Assembly (NCBI RefSeq): GCF_006345805.1
Contig: NC_043003.1
Location: forward strand, 73,470,001 to 73,534,000
Reading direction: 5' to 3'
DNA: 64,000 nucleotides
Source of the DNA: Octopus sinensis
Lineage: Eukaryota
Below, piece after piece: positions 1-12,989 of this stretch (positions are counted from its first letter, which is position 1; each line of letters opens with the position of its first letter). A model generated the notes under the pieces. It worked only from the letters and a program-made list of their open reading frames with translations, did no database searches and was not told the DNA's origin. Position numbers and translations under genes: made by a program.

Positions 1-254
1 CCAGTTCAATCTAGTATTGACATTTTTCCGTCTGAAAATATCACATTCCATCTATTATGGTGGTGATCTATAAATAACTTCTGTATAAAGATATAATAGA
101 TTTATTATACACAGCTAGGTTTGTCAGTTGATTTTTTATTAATATAGCTGACATCATTATTAATACGATTATTATTGTTATTATTCCTTCCACCCTCATT
201 AATATTCTTATTTTTATTTCAATAGCTATTATTACTATTGTCGTTGTTTTTGTT

Positions 255-1161
255 GTTATTTCATGAAAACTCTCAGCCTATTTTACTGGGTATGATGGAA
301 AGTGTCTGCTCTCAAAAGCCAGAAAACTAAGGACAGTTGTTTATTGGTCGTGCTTCAAGACCCCTGCGAAGTATTCTTCCAGACCCAAGCAATGCTGATT
401 TTTTGTAAGTATTCTATCTTTCCATTTGTACTAATCGTTTTGAGTCATAACGAATGATAGCTGAGTGCTGATTCTTCCTAGAGCACCAATTACTAATGGT
501 ATCACCTCTAGTCTCCTCATTGACCACAACATTCGTATTTCCTTCTTCAAATTGTGTCAATTGTCCAGTTTTTTCTTCTTTGTCTTTAATCTATGTTGAT
601 TATCATGCAATATCTTCTTTACTCACTACAACAATCTCCAGTACTCGATGTTTAGTTACTTGATCGCCCTGAATCCTTGCATCCCAGAGGATTTTGCAGT
701 CTTCAATCTCGGTTAACTCCTCCTAGGTTTGCACATATCATGTCTTTGTTCTTGTTAGGCCACGATTTCCACAGAGCTTCCAATGGATCAATCCTGCCAC
801 ATTGTCATATCATCTTATGTAATCATGTTGTGTCAAATTCGAGCATCCCATACTGATTCACCCCTTTTACCACACATTCTGCATTTGTAGCTCTCAGTAG
901 TGTTGTCGATTCTGCACTTCATATAGGTAGTCCTTAACGCTTGTTCTTGTGCTGCGCATATAAGTGCTTTATATCTGTCTTCAGGTCAATCCTCCTCATT
1001 TAGAGCCACCGCTGTTCTGTATCTGTCTTTGCGTTTGTATCTCTTGCAAACTGACTGTACAAGTTTCCCCTTCCATGCGGTTTCTGTGTGTGTATGTGTG
1101 CGAGTGTTCTTTTTCGTTCTTTAGGCAACTATCAATTTTGATGAGCCCGGATTTCTTCACA

Positions 1162-1162
<1 letters not shown>
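255..1162 (-). mobile_element. R4/Dong-like RLE non-LTR retrotransposon, degraded 3' fragment
   Basis: Manual minus-strand translation gives AAQEQALRT (~950), CRMCGK and GCSNLTQHDY (zinc-knuckle region, ~820-885), LWDARIQGDQVTKHR (~680) and VIPLVIGALG (~480-505), the usual RLE C-terminal order. Many stops and frameshifts. Confidence 0.8.
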
Positions 1163-1245
<83 letters not shown>

Positions 1246-1288
1246 GATATTATTAATATTGATGTTATTATTATTATTATTATTATTA
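1163..1288. repeat. (ATT)n/(AAT)n microsatellite
   Basis: Direct reading; explains the poly-I and poly-N ORFs here. Confidence 0.97.
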
Positions 1289-4200
1289 AATACTTGACTT
1301 TTGCTTTGTATTCGTACAAGTTGACTCCAAGTTTCGACCTGAGACCTCAAGAGACGACAACTTAAAAGTTCATATTTGTGTTATTCCTAGGGTGTCATAT
1401 ATTTGGTTTTCCATAGAGAATGTTTAAGAAACCATAAGAAAATTATAAATTTGTTCTCATGAGCATTATCATTTGAATTTGTGCCATTTTGGGATTTCCT
1501 GCTATCTGAGGCAGGTAGCAATCAGCCCCTTTTGCTATCATTCCTAGGGCATCTATGACAACAGGTATTGTTTTAGTCTTGAAGTTCCACATTTTGCCAA
1601 TTTCTATTTCAAGATCTTTATACCTGCTCAGTTTTTGTTAGGTCTTGACAGATACGTTTATATAGATTGGGACAGTCATATCAATGAAGAGGGATGATTT
1701 TTGTCTGAAGTCTTTCAATATGATGTCTGGCCTAGTTACATCTATCTTTCTGTTAGTTTGAATGGTGAGGTTCCAGAGGAGTGAGATGTGGCCATTTTCA
1801 AGTACAGGGGGTGGTTTGTGTTCCCACCAGTTTTTATCATGGGGCAAATTTTGGGAGAGGTATTAGGGCTAGACAAAAGAGAAGTGGTGATAGTGAGTCA
1901 CCCTGGAAAGTGCCACATGAAATTCTTACATCACCAGCTTTTAGAGATTCAATGTCATTGTTCAAAATCAGTGGAATTCACTTAGATATTCTTTTGCCTG
2001 TTTTGTTACTGAGTATGATGCTTTCTTGTTTTCATGTTTTGAGAGAAGTTTTAACATTCAGTCCTCAGAGTTTTCAGACAGGTGTTGAGGCCCGTTGTGG
2101 AAATTTTCATTGTTAATGCTAGTTGCAAATGTCCACGGATTCCCTCTTTTCTTGGCAGACAAAATCGGTCTATATCTGCCTTAGGGTGGTGCATTCTATG
2201 TATTGTCAATATGTTTCCTATTTTCTGTCAAGATTACATATTTCAATAATTGACCAGTTAAAGATATTGAAAATGTAAGTCACGACTAGTATGGCTAAAG
2301 CATTGATCGCTTCGATCCTGTTTCTTGCATTCAGCTCGATCTTCAGTAGTGCTCTCACCCTGCGATAACATTCTCTTCTGATCCTTTCCCTCATCATTGC
2401 ATGTTTGATTCCGTCCCCTTCAATTACCCCTAGGTATTTGTAGCTTCCGCTAGTTCTAACACTTTCATGACATTCTGCAGGTCAATGTTAACGTTAGATG
2501 TTTCTGTCAATTTTCCTTTGCACATATATCGAGGCCAAAGAGCATCCTGATCTCATTACTGAATTGTTTAACAATCGCTAGTTGTTGGTCATTTTTTGCA
2601 AAGAGCTTTAAGTCATCCATGTAAATGTGGTGATTTATACTTCTATCAAACATTTTATAACCCTACTGTGCATCATTGAGCAATTTTAGGAGAGGTATTA
2701 AGTCTAGACAAAAGAGAAGTGGTGATAGTAAATCACCCTGGAAAATGCCACATGAAATTCTTACATCACCAGCTTTTAGAGATTCAATGTCATTGTTCAA
2801 AATCAGTGTATTTCTCCATGATCTCATAGTTACAGACAAAAAGTTTCCTAGAGTAGGAGCTATTTTATACATTTCCAGACATTTCTTAATCCAGCTATGT
2901 AGTAGGCTATCAAAATCTTTTTTATAGTCTATCCAGGGTATTGATGCGTAGCTGATCTTTACAACCGTAGGACCCACGTTTACATCTTTTTTTGCTCATT
3001 AGGGAATATTCTACTTTCTATTAAAAAACTGTAGGTATATTCAGTCAGGAAAGTTGTTAGCGTTTTATACATTGTTGCTAAGCAGTTTATGGGTCGATAA
3101 TTTTTTGGTTCATTTAGGAATTTAAACCATTAACTATCCAAGAGGGTATCATACAAGGATGTTGCAAAACTTCGTTGTAAAGTTTTGTTAGTTGTTCATG
3201 GCTCTCTAGGAAGGCATTCAACAAGAAGTTAGGAATTTCATCCTTTCCTGGAGACTTCCATTTACTTGACCTCCTGAGAGCAGATCTTATATCTTCTACC
3301 TTGACACCCTTCCAATTTTTCTTCTCTTAAGAGTATAAGTGTGTAGATATTGTATCAATCCAAGGGCCTTTTCATTGTGTGTTTTTTCTTCTGCCCAAAT
3401 TTTATTCCAAAATTCCTGCACTTCTTTTGATGGGACTGATTTTACTGTAACTGGTATATTCCCTATATTCCTGTTAAACTTAAGGTTTTTCAAACATTCT
3501 GTGTCAGACCTAAGTAGCTTAATTTGGTGCTGAATACGCTCTTGCCAACAAGGCTTTTTGTGGGAACGTTGTCATTTTCTAAACTTTTCACTACATAGAA
3601 TCGTTGAGATTTTCGCGGATGCATAGTACAGGTGGTTGAGATCTGTAATATCAAGAACATTAGCTGAAATTATATCCTTAAGTGCAAGGCGAATTTTACC
3701 AATTATTTTCAGGCTTTGGCTAGAATTGCGAATTTTTGGGAGAGTATTGCGTACATTCACACTGGTTTCTTTAATTTTCAGCCATTCAATCATGATGTGA
3801 TCTTTTAGATCATGCAGTTCTGTTGGGGTAATTTCTATGACGTTCTTCATCTATTTGATTTTAATCTGTCTTAGTGTTTATGGTTAGTTCAGAGAGTATT
3901 TCACTTTGCTTATTAGTTATATTAACTCTTTCAATTATTAGTGCATTTTCACTAGCCCTGGAATGCTATGTAATTATTTTCTCTGTCGTATCTTCTTTAG
4001 CTGCAGCTTCGTTCTTTTTATTCCTTACTGGTTGTTTAATTTGGTCAATCTCTACTTCAGTTAGAAATTTTTTTTTCATAATGTTTGGTACTGGCAAGTT
4101 TGTTACTATGTAGGGTCTTAAATCAAGACGTTTCTGACTCCAGTTTAAGTATTAGATTTATTTGTGGGGAAATATATGGCATGTTAGAAGGCCCTAAGAA

Positions 4201-4700
4201 CTTCTTTATTATCTTCCCTAGACCACTATTCATTCTTTTTCTTTTGTTTTTTTGATGATGAGAATGGATGATCATCTGTTGGAATATTTCAGTCGTGGGG
4301 TACTTCCAGCGCCTGTGTGTCGGGAAGATTTGAACCAGTAGCTGATTTTTCGTACCGAATTTGGTTCCTCATTCGAGTACGTGTCCTTTTGTAATACGGT
4401 CGGTGACCATTTCGGTTTGTATTTTGCTTTCTTGATAGTGAGGCATGACAAGATTCGACGTTGACATTAGGGGACGGATCTATCTGTTTAAGGTTAATTT
4501 TTTGAGACAACACCGTCTCCGAGTTCTCTCCATGTAAACATTGCTCGTACCGTAGCTTCCTAACATTAGCAGATCCGTATTCGTCTGTATTATTTTGTTG
4601 ATAGGTTTATCTCCGAGCATAGTTTTTTTGTGGTGCTTTTAAACTTATGGATGCTTCACTCAGTGTTAATTCGAAAAATAAAAAAGCAAACCAAGTTTTA
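1289..4700 (-). mobile_element. Near-full-length degraded R4/Dong-like RLE LINE (RT plus RLE)
   Basis: ORF 2663-2977 has WIDYKKDFDS and GIFQGDLLSPLLFCL. YMDDLKLF (~2605-2630) and YKYLG (~2435) read manually. ORF 1638-1847 has RPDIILKD..LFIDMTVP. KTIPVVIDALG at ~1545-1580. Upstream ORFs 3296-3493 (EFWNKIW) and 3572-3850 (LNHLYYASA) resemble R4-clade N-terminal regions. The 5' limit is uncertain. Confidence 0.88.
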
Positions 4701-4879
4701 TTTTTGGTTTTTGCTTCGTTTGTGACACATGTTTTCATATGCGTGTATGTGTGTCCTGTAAATTCACGTAGTTGTGTAAACATTGAAATGTATGTGTAGT
4801 CCTATGGGTATCAAAAAATATATATATGATTGTGTAGACTTTCAAATGTATGCGTAATTACTCAATTTATGTACTTACA

Positions 4880-5120
4880 GTATTGTCCCTGAATAAAGGT
4901 TGTTTAAGGATGTTGAACGAAATACCCATGTTTCCAGAGGTGAATTATTCAAACTCCAAAGAATCCCTCTCAGCACATGGCTATGATTTCCCCCCACTAC
5001 TTCTGCTCGTTATCGGAGATACACATGTCGTCAGCCACTAAGTGACATGGTCAACTGGTTAAGGTCAAACAACTGACAAGTAAATCTGTGGTATTGAGCA
5101 GAATATTTGATGTAGCCCAT
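4880..5120. repeat. Unclassified interspersed repeat 'X', partial copy
   Basis: gtccctgaataa..ggttgtttaaggatg..ccagaggtgaatta..gtagcccat is shared with 22067-22300 and 49660-49690. Confidence 0.8.
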
Positions 5121-5132
5121 TATTATTATTAC

Positions 5133-5180
<48 letters not shown>
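5121..5180. repeat. (ATT)n microsatellite
   Basis: Direct reading. Confidence 0.95.
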
Positions 5181-6175
5181 GATCTCCTTAGAAGTTTTGT
5201 TGGAATTCCTGGAGTCTTGCATGCGTAGCGGACTTCCTACCTGCAGGCTACGGTAGCATGCTATTCGTTTTTTTCGGCTATGTAATACTTCACTGATTAT
5301 TCTGCCCATGCCAAGGAGGCAAAACTTTTCTGACAGTTCCGCTGGGCACTCTATTCCGGTTTCCTTTATATTCCTCTTGATGCCTTCAAATACTGTCCAC
5401 AAAGACCCAACAATAATTGTCAATATTTTCACCTACTTCATTTTCCATGGTCTGTGAATTTCGTACGCAGAAGTGTTGTATCTATCTACCTTTCCGTCTT
5501 CCTTCTTCATTATTCGTGGGTCAAAGGGGCATACAATATCAACTATATAGCGTATATGGAACAGCGTGTCCACCACCATAATTTCCGGTGTGCTCTAACA
5601 CCTGATCTGTTTGGATTGGGAAATCCCAGAAGATTTTGCTAGTCTCCGAGTCTGCCACTTTCTGCGGTTTGTGCTCATATTATGTCTTGACTCTCTCTAG
5701 CCCCCACTTTTCGCACAGTTTCCATTGTAGCACTTTCGCTACCTGGTCATGTCGCCACAACTTGTAGTGTTTTGTCTCAAGTCTAGGGCATTCTTTCGTG
5801 ATATGGACAATGGTTTCATCCACTGTATTGCAGATGTGGCACAACGGAGACACTTGCTCATTCCTCGGATAGACCCTCCAGTTCTTGGCCAGAGCTTGGT
5901 CCTGCGCTGCCAGTATACTGTTCTCGGTCTCTTTTTTTTAGGATTCCTTTCTTCAACCAATTCCACCTATTTTCTCCAGCAACTTCTGTCATCGCTACAT
6001 GGAATTGATAGTGTAGTCCCTGCTTGCGTAATTCTTCATGTCCTTTTTGTACTTCTTTTCTTTTCCCTTTTTTCCCCTGCTCTCAGTACCTCTGGCACCT
6101 ACTCAGGGCGCCTATGACAATAGGTATTGTTTTAGCTTTGAGGTTTCATATTTTACCAATTTCTATTTCAAGGAA
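5181..6175 (-). mobile_element. R4/Dong-like RLE LINE 3' fragment of a different subfamily, with a short fused fragment at 6106-6175
   Basis: ORF 5031-5432 (IIVGSLWTV..IECPAELSEKFCLLGMGRIISEVL) matches the RLE tail pattern. Frameshifted zinc-knuckle/RHD region at 5740-5860. 6106-6175 encodes KTIPIVIGAL and resembles 1555-1612. Confidence 0.8.
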
Positions 6176-6199
6176 CAGCTGCAATTTTGAAAATGAGCT

Positions 6200-7175
6200 G
6201 AAAGTGCATATTCTCAGAAGACATTCAGAATTTGCTACACTTTCAGTTCTCAAAATGCAGGAGGAGAAATATGTTAGTGAGTTATTATCATCCCGCCCTG
6301 AAATGATGAACAAGGTGACAGGAGAACTTAATCATATTCACGCAAAACTGTTTGCTTAAGTATTCTTCTTTTTCTTTTATATTTTTCTCTACATTCTTTC
6401 TTTATACCAGCTGCAAAATTGAAAATTAAAGACTGGGAACGTACGTTGCCCTCGTTCAAATTTTTGAATTTGAATTTGAATAATTTGGGATGTCTGTGTA
6501 TCATTTTCATTTTGAACTCCACAAATACAGGCGAGATGTCGAAATATCGTTCAAATCCATAAAATATATTTTCCTACCATGTTAGTATCGAATAAACATT
6601 CTTAGAAGTAATTTTATTGTCCTTTAAAAGAACCTTCCTAATAAGAGATTTATATGTACTAAGGTCAACATTATAAAGGTGTCCAGTCTTATCTGCGTGG
6701 ACAAGAATTCCTGATTTCTTAAGTTTCTTAGTCAAGAGGTGGAGTTTCCTTAGATGTTCATTGCTTCTGATAGAGAATCGGTGAAATTTAAAGTTCCACA
6801 GTTTTACGAAATCTGCCAGTGTTGTCTCCACGGTTAGTTATCGCGAGATATAAATCCATGCCTTAGGGCAGTCTCATTGCTAACTTGTTCATCATTATCT
6901 TTAACACTTTGGAACTGATAGGCTCACCTCTGTACACATCGTGTAAAAGAGGTTGCTTTATCAGTAAGAAGTTTTAAATATTCCTTTTCAGATGGCAAAT
7001 GTATATCTTTTAATGATGTGTCAGTGAATATGATCTCTATTACAATGGTAGTCGAACGCAAGATCGCTAATTTGTAAGTGGTGTCGATTAATATATATTT
7101 TGTTGGTAGTGGCTGATTGGTTGTTCCCCTCTGTTCATCTGGATTTGATTGAAAAATTTTGCTATAATGGAACGT
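6200..7175 (-). mobile_element. Penelope-like element (PLE), degraded N-terminal fragment
   Basis: ORFs contain IHLPSEKEYLKLLTDKATSF and ILVHADKTGHLY..Y, resembling PLE N-terminal motifs (recalled, not searched). Confidence 0.6.
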
Positions 7176-7733
7176 AAGAACACTAATACAATACAGCAAG
7201 TTCAGATATTGTCTTTAGCTATATAATGTATATGCAATAGCTGCTCTGACGCTAAACAGTAGCATATAAATAAATAAGTAAATAAATAAATAAATAATGG
7301 AAATTTGACTCTTAAATAAGAGTACATAATGGTCAATGCATTACTGCTGGATTTTTGGTACCTTAACAGCTGGATTGGTGTTGATCTATTGACAATAATA
7401 GATTTCATATTCATAAGTGAAATCAGTATAAATAGAAATATATAAGCGACGTATCGTAATAACAACTGGAAATAGCATCTAGATAATAACGTATAAATTT
7501 AAAGCCCGAATATTGAATTTCTTGTGATAAGTTCTACACCATTCACAGTGGTTGTGCCTAATGTTAGGTTGCATATATGATTTCAAACAAATAGATACAA
7601 AGATGACAACGTGGATGTTCAGAAATATGAACTGGGCATGTCTACTACTATAGATAAACACCCCAATGAATAAATGATTGTAGTAAATGTTAGATTTTCA
7701 ATAAATCACAAGTAATTTTATTTGAAGAAGCTT

Positions 7734-7774
7734 CGTCAAGTAAATTTATAGATTGTAATACACACCCCACATGC

Positions 7775-7842
<68 letters not shown>

Positions 7843-7863
7843 TGCATATATATATACATATAT

Positions 7864-7938
<75 letters not shown>

Positions 7939-7952
7939 CATATATGCATATT

Positions 7953-8034
<82 letters not shown>

Positions 8035-8350
8035 ATATATATACATATTCCTACATACATACGGTTAAAATTGCACGCGCGTGTATTAAATAATGTGATT
8101 ACTTTCGATCTCTTTTAAGAATAACAACTAAGCATTTAATATTAGCGTTAAGTAAATTTATAGATTGTAATATACGCCCCCACATGCATATATATATATA
8201 TGTATGTATATATATATATGTGTATTTATGTATGTATACCTACATACCTATGGTTAAAATTGCACGCGCGTGTGCATGCGTGTGTTAAATAATGTGATTA
8301 GTTTCGATCTCTTTTAAGAATAACCAGTAAACATTTAATATTAGCGTCAA
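7734..8350. repeat. Local tandem duplication; first copy carries an expanded (TA)n
   Basis: agtaaatttatagattgtaata..ggttaaaattgcacgcgcgtgt..tattagcgt occurs at 7734-8145 and 8146-8350. Confidence 0.9.
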
Positions 8351-9031
8351 TCTATACTGAAAGTAGAGGCAAATTTATAGTGAATATGCAACGAAATATC
8401 ATTCATCCCAACTATGATTACCAAATGAAATTAATAAGTCGCATAATGGAATAGATTTTACGATAGGTTAATGTACGTGGAGGATCCGCAAGCACGAAGG
8501 TGGTAAAAAACAATAAAATTATGTGATTTAGTCATTTGCTCTGCGTAAACATCAATATCACCACGTCTAATTACACATTACGTTCGTAACATAAATTCCA
8601 CTATTTTTGCCACCTTCTGAAATTTGTGTAGAAAACATTGTTTTCAAGATCCCAAAGCTACAGTAGGTAATAGTCTCCGTTGCCATGCACCAATTGTTAC
8701 ATACCGGGGTCATTGCAGCTATCAGCTGAAATAATTATGGGTTTCGATGGTAGTACTTTTGAAGACGATACACATTTCTTACGATGGTGTCTCTAGTAAA
8801 TGAACCGAAATGACAGCCAATGGTAGAAGGGAAAGATCAGCAGCAGCACATACACGTAGTCTGTGGTTAAACATTTTATCAGAGGGACTAGGAAACAGGG
8901 AAACTGTTGCTCTTTATAACAGTTATAATCTCCGTTGGGACAACCTTATGTTCACTCGTTTTTTGCTATAGTTACATATAAGAGTGCCAGCATGTAGTAC
9001 CAAACCTTTCTACACTCCTGAAAAACAAACC

Positions 9032-9033
<2 letters not shown>

Positions 9034-9122
<89 letters not shown>
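9034..9122. repeat. (TCTA)n microsatellite
   Basis: Direct reading. Confidence 0.97.
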
Positions 9123-9248
9123 GTCTCGTGTGTACCGTTGGCGATTTTTTTCCCTCTGTCTTCCCTTCTTTCCTGACCGTCCAATAATACTATAATTGTT
9201 CCCTGTCCTCGCGTTGTTGTGTTTTTTTTTGTGTTTTCTTGTTTGGAT

Positions 9249-9310
<62 letters not shown>

Positions 9311-9439
9311 TAAAAAGAATTCTCTCCATTTGTTTGTTTGTGCAGCAAACAGAAACTAAATGGTTCAGCGGAAGCTATTATCCTTTTTCTATAAATATAA
9401 AATCAAAATTCTGTCGCTTTCTTTCTTCAGCAAAATGAA

Positions 9440-11430
9440 AGTACTTGGTTCAGTAGAAGCTATTATGCTATTGCATTATTTGTCTCAACAAAAATTATGC
9501 AATGGTAAAACACTAATTGTGCACAAACTTATGAGTAACTACATTGTGGTAAATATTCTCACTGGTTGTGGTAAAGGTGACACCGTCTTCATTCCTCGCA
9601 CACCAGTTATACTATCTGACGTCCCATTCCAATTTAAGCCGTTATAGTTTCCAATCCATGTTTCTTTTGCCATGAGCATTGATAAAACCCAGGGCCAAAC
9701 ATTAAAAGTTGCTTGTTTGCAACTGGAAGTACCATGCTTTTCATATGGCCAACTGTATGTAGGAGCATCACGTGTGGGAGCTGCGTAATTTGTCTCAACA
9801 AAGATTATGCAATGGTACAAAAATAATTGTGCACAAACGGATGAGGTACTGCTTTGAGGCAAATACTCTCACTGGTTATGGTAAAGGTAAGACCGTCTTC
9901 ATTCCATGCACACAAGTTATACCATCTAATGTCACATTCCAACTTAAGTGGTTACAGTTTCCAATCCTACTTCTACCCATCGAATTTTTGAACTCGCTAG
10001 AACCACCAAGTACAGCTCCTCATTGTCTTCAGCTGAAAAAAGGGACACCTATTATGCGATTGCATAATTTGACTCAGCCAATCTTATGTAATGGTACAAG
10101 ATTCATTGTGCACAAACTTATAACGAACTGCATTGAGGCAAAGATTTTTCCCTATTTGTGGTAATGGTGACACCGTCTTCATTCCTCGCACACCAGTTAT
10201 ACTATCTAACGCCCCATTCCAATTTAAGCCGTTATAGTTTCCAATCCGTGTTTCTTTTGCCATGAGCATTAATAAAACTCAGGAACAAACAGTAAAAGTT
10301 GCTTGTTTGCTACTTGAAGAACCATGCTTTCAAATGGCGAAGTTTATGTAGGAGTATCATGTGTGGGAGCTACGTAATTTCTCTCAGCAAAAATTATGCA
10401 ATGTTACAACAATAATTGTGCACAAACTTAAGAGGTACTGCATTGAGACAGATATTCTCACTGGTTATGGTAAATATAAGACCGTCCTCATTCCTCGCAT
10501 ACAAGTTATACCATCTATAGTACCATTCCAATTTAAGCCATTACAGTTTCCTATTCCTCTTTCCTTTGCCATGAGCATAGCATTAATAAAACTCAGGACC
10601 AAGCACTAAAAGTTGATGGATTACAACTTGAATAACCACGCTTTTCCCAAGGCCAACTTTACGTAGGAGTATCACGCGTGGAGGTAAAAGCAAATCTTTG
10701 TGTCCAATTATTATATGAGATCGAGGCTTTCACGAGATAAAGTAATTTTCAGAGCAGCTTTTGAAACTCGGTGAAATTTGAGTTCCAAATGATGAAGAAC
10801 AGTTTCTTACTCGCGAGCCAATATGTAATTTAACTGATTCCATCGCTGATTTGGTGGATGAAATCTTTCCTAATCTTCTTCATGACAACAATACAAATTG
10901 GATCTATCAGCGAGCAACGCCGACTCCAAATAAAATGTTGCTACTGAATAAACTTCTGGAAGAAATATGCACTTATAACTAAATTGACCAAGTTGTTGAT
11001 GATCAGTATCTTGTTATACCGCGTCGAATAGAACCACCAGGTGCAGCTCCTCATTGTATTCAGCTGATAAAAGTGTTTCCTATTATGCTATTACATAATT
11101 TGTCTCAACCACAATTATGTAATTGTAAAATATTAATTGTGCACAAATTCATGAAGCAAATATTCTCACTGGTTGTAGTAAACGTAAGACTGTCTTCTTT
11201 CCTCGCTTACCAGTTATGTCATCTAACGTCGCATTTATATTTATTTAAGCGGTTGCAGTTTCCAATCCGTGACTCTTTTGCCATGAGCAATTTTAAAAGT
11301 CAAGGCCAAACACTAAAAGTTGCTGGACTGCAACTTGAAAAACCATGCTTTTCACATGACCAACTTTATTTAGAAGCATCATGTGTGGGAGAAAAAAGCA
11401 AATCCTTTTGCTTACGCACTCGGAAATAAA
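9440..11430 (+). mobile_element. Helitron-type PIF1-family helicase C-terminus, about five tandem pseudogenic copies
   Basis: Repeated IMLLxNLSQxxLCNGTxxIV, GxGxTVFIPRIP, FKRLQFPIRxSFAMS and KSQGQTLKVAGLQLExPCFSHxQLY in ORFs 9360-9647, 9772-10164, 10361-10609 and 11073-11429. Confidence 0.9.
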
Positions 11431-12989
11431 ACAAAATCATTGTTTATAAAGAAATATTAACTCTTAATGCAACATGAATCCTTTAATAACTTAATTTACC
11501 ATTACTATCATTACATTCAAGAAAGAGTAGATTACCTATTTAAATGAATTGTATTATATAATTGCCATTACCGTATTGATATATAAAATAACACATACAA
11601 CTCATTATTGCATATCATAAACAAACACAAGTTCTTGTATAAAATTGATGTTTTTTCTACTTCAGTTATTACATATATTTCTCTCATAAAAATACACACA
11701 TACAGGAGGAATCAATGATATATATCATAATACTTCGAATATGTTTCTCGAGAAACAGTAAAAGTAATTGCGCAATCAAAAACAAGCATTACTGCTAGTG
11801 TTTTATATATCTGCCTTTAAAGGTGCTCCAGATGAACTATTTTACATAGAAGAGACGTTAACATGCTTCTGTTTCAATAATTTTAAAGGAAATGTTCAAT
11901 TTTACCTGGGTTTTTCATCAAATAAAGGCAAACAACTGTTATCTTTGGCGGCAGGTTTTTACCTCCACTGTTAACTAGCGATACGGCAGTCTCCAAACAA
12001 ATGGCAACTTTCCAACAACAGGTTCTTTGAAGTGAAGAAATTGTTTTTAAGAATGATTTTTATATCTTCATTTGGTGGCAATTAACTTTCTTTGGAATCC
12101 ATAGCTACCTCACCATTTGATATGTTCATATTAAAAGGAACGAACGTGATCTTGGCGTCTATATAAATGTTTGTTATTTCAGAGAAAATAAACGTGATGA
12201 TCTTTCTGTTAAACGATAGCGCAGATACCTTTATTTTTGACTTGCCGTAAACTTGATTGCATTGTTTAGTTCCAGAGCAGCCTTGAAGACATTCGGTAGT
12301 TATTAAGCCGCCTGTCTTATATCAATACTACATTTCACAATATATTCAAGAAGGTAGAGCGAAATGTTTGTGAGGTTTGGTTGCTATTTAGTATAAGCTC
12401 ATCGATCGTATAAAACCTCAGACCTTGAACACAGTGATCAAACCCGAGACATTGACGTTACGTTAGAAATGCTTGTCATATATTGGTAGTCATTAATAAA
12501 GCAAGAGAGCCCTACAACATTTTTGTCTAATTCATTTTATTCACTTACTCCCTCGCCTTTTTTGTCCTCTCTCTACTTTCTATTTCATTTGTTACGTAAA
12601 GTGGTTAAGCACTGTCAGGAATCAATTATTGTACATATATAGAGAGCTATATCACAAGCAGGCAAACAGACTAAAGGGTGGAAAGATATAAAACTGAAGA
12701 AATATATTTAACTTAATAGATAAAATAGGCCTGTAGATAAAAGTTATTGAAATATATACATATATAGGGACATTCACACGAACGCACTTATGCACACACC
12801 ACAATACTAACACACAGACACACGCATATATATATATATATATATATTGATTGATAGATTGTTTGATTGATAACATGCAAATAGATAGAAGTTAGATACA
12901 GATATAGCCACAGAATTATATTTAAATTGGTCCAGGAACGTATATATAGAAATTCATCAAACTATCATATTGATAAATAAACATATAAA

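Noticed and set aside
4500-4700. HDV-like ribozyme at the 5' end of the R4-like LINE
   Set aside because: No nested double pseudoknot could be built by eye; it needs a descriptor search.
8497-8617. Short inverted repeat gaaggtggtaaaaa / tttttgccaccttc
   Set aside because: Too short and degenerate to classify; no target duplication or ribozyme core.
8351-11799. Complete Helitron from A|TC at 8351 to CTAG|T at 11795-11799
   Set aside because: The TC lies in what looks like a small insert in a tandem repeat, and no typical GC-rich hairpin sits about 10 nt before the CTAG; the termini are unsupported.
12140-12180. ERDLGVYI, a CR1-like RT motif
   Set aside because: Isolated short match with no supporting flanking motifs.
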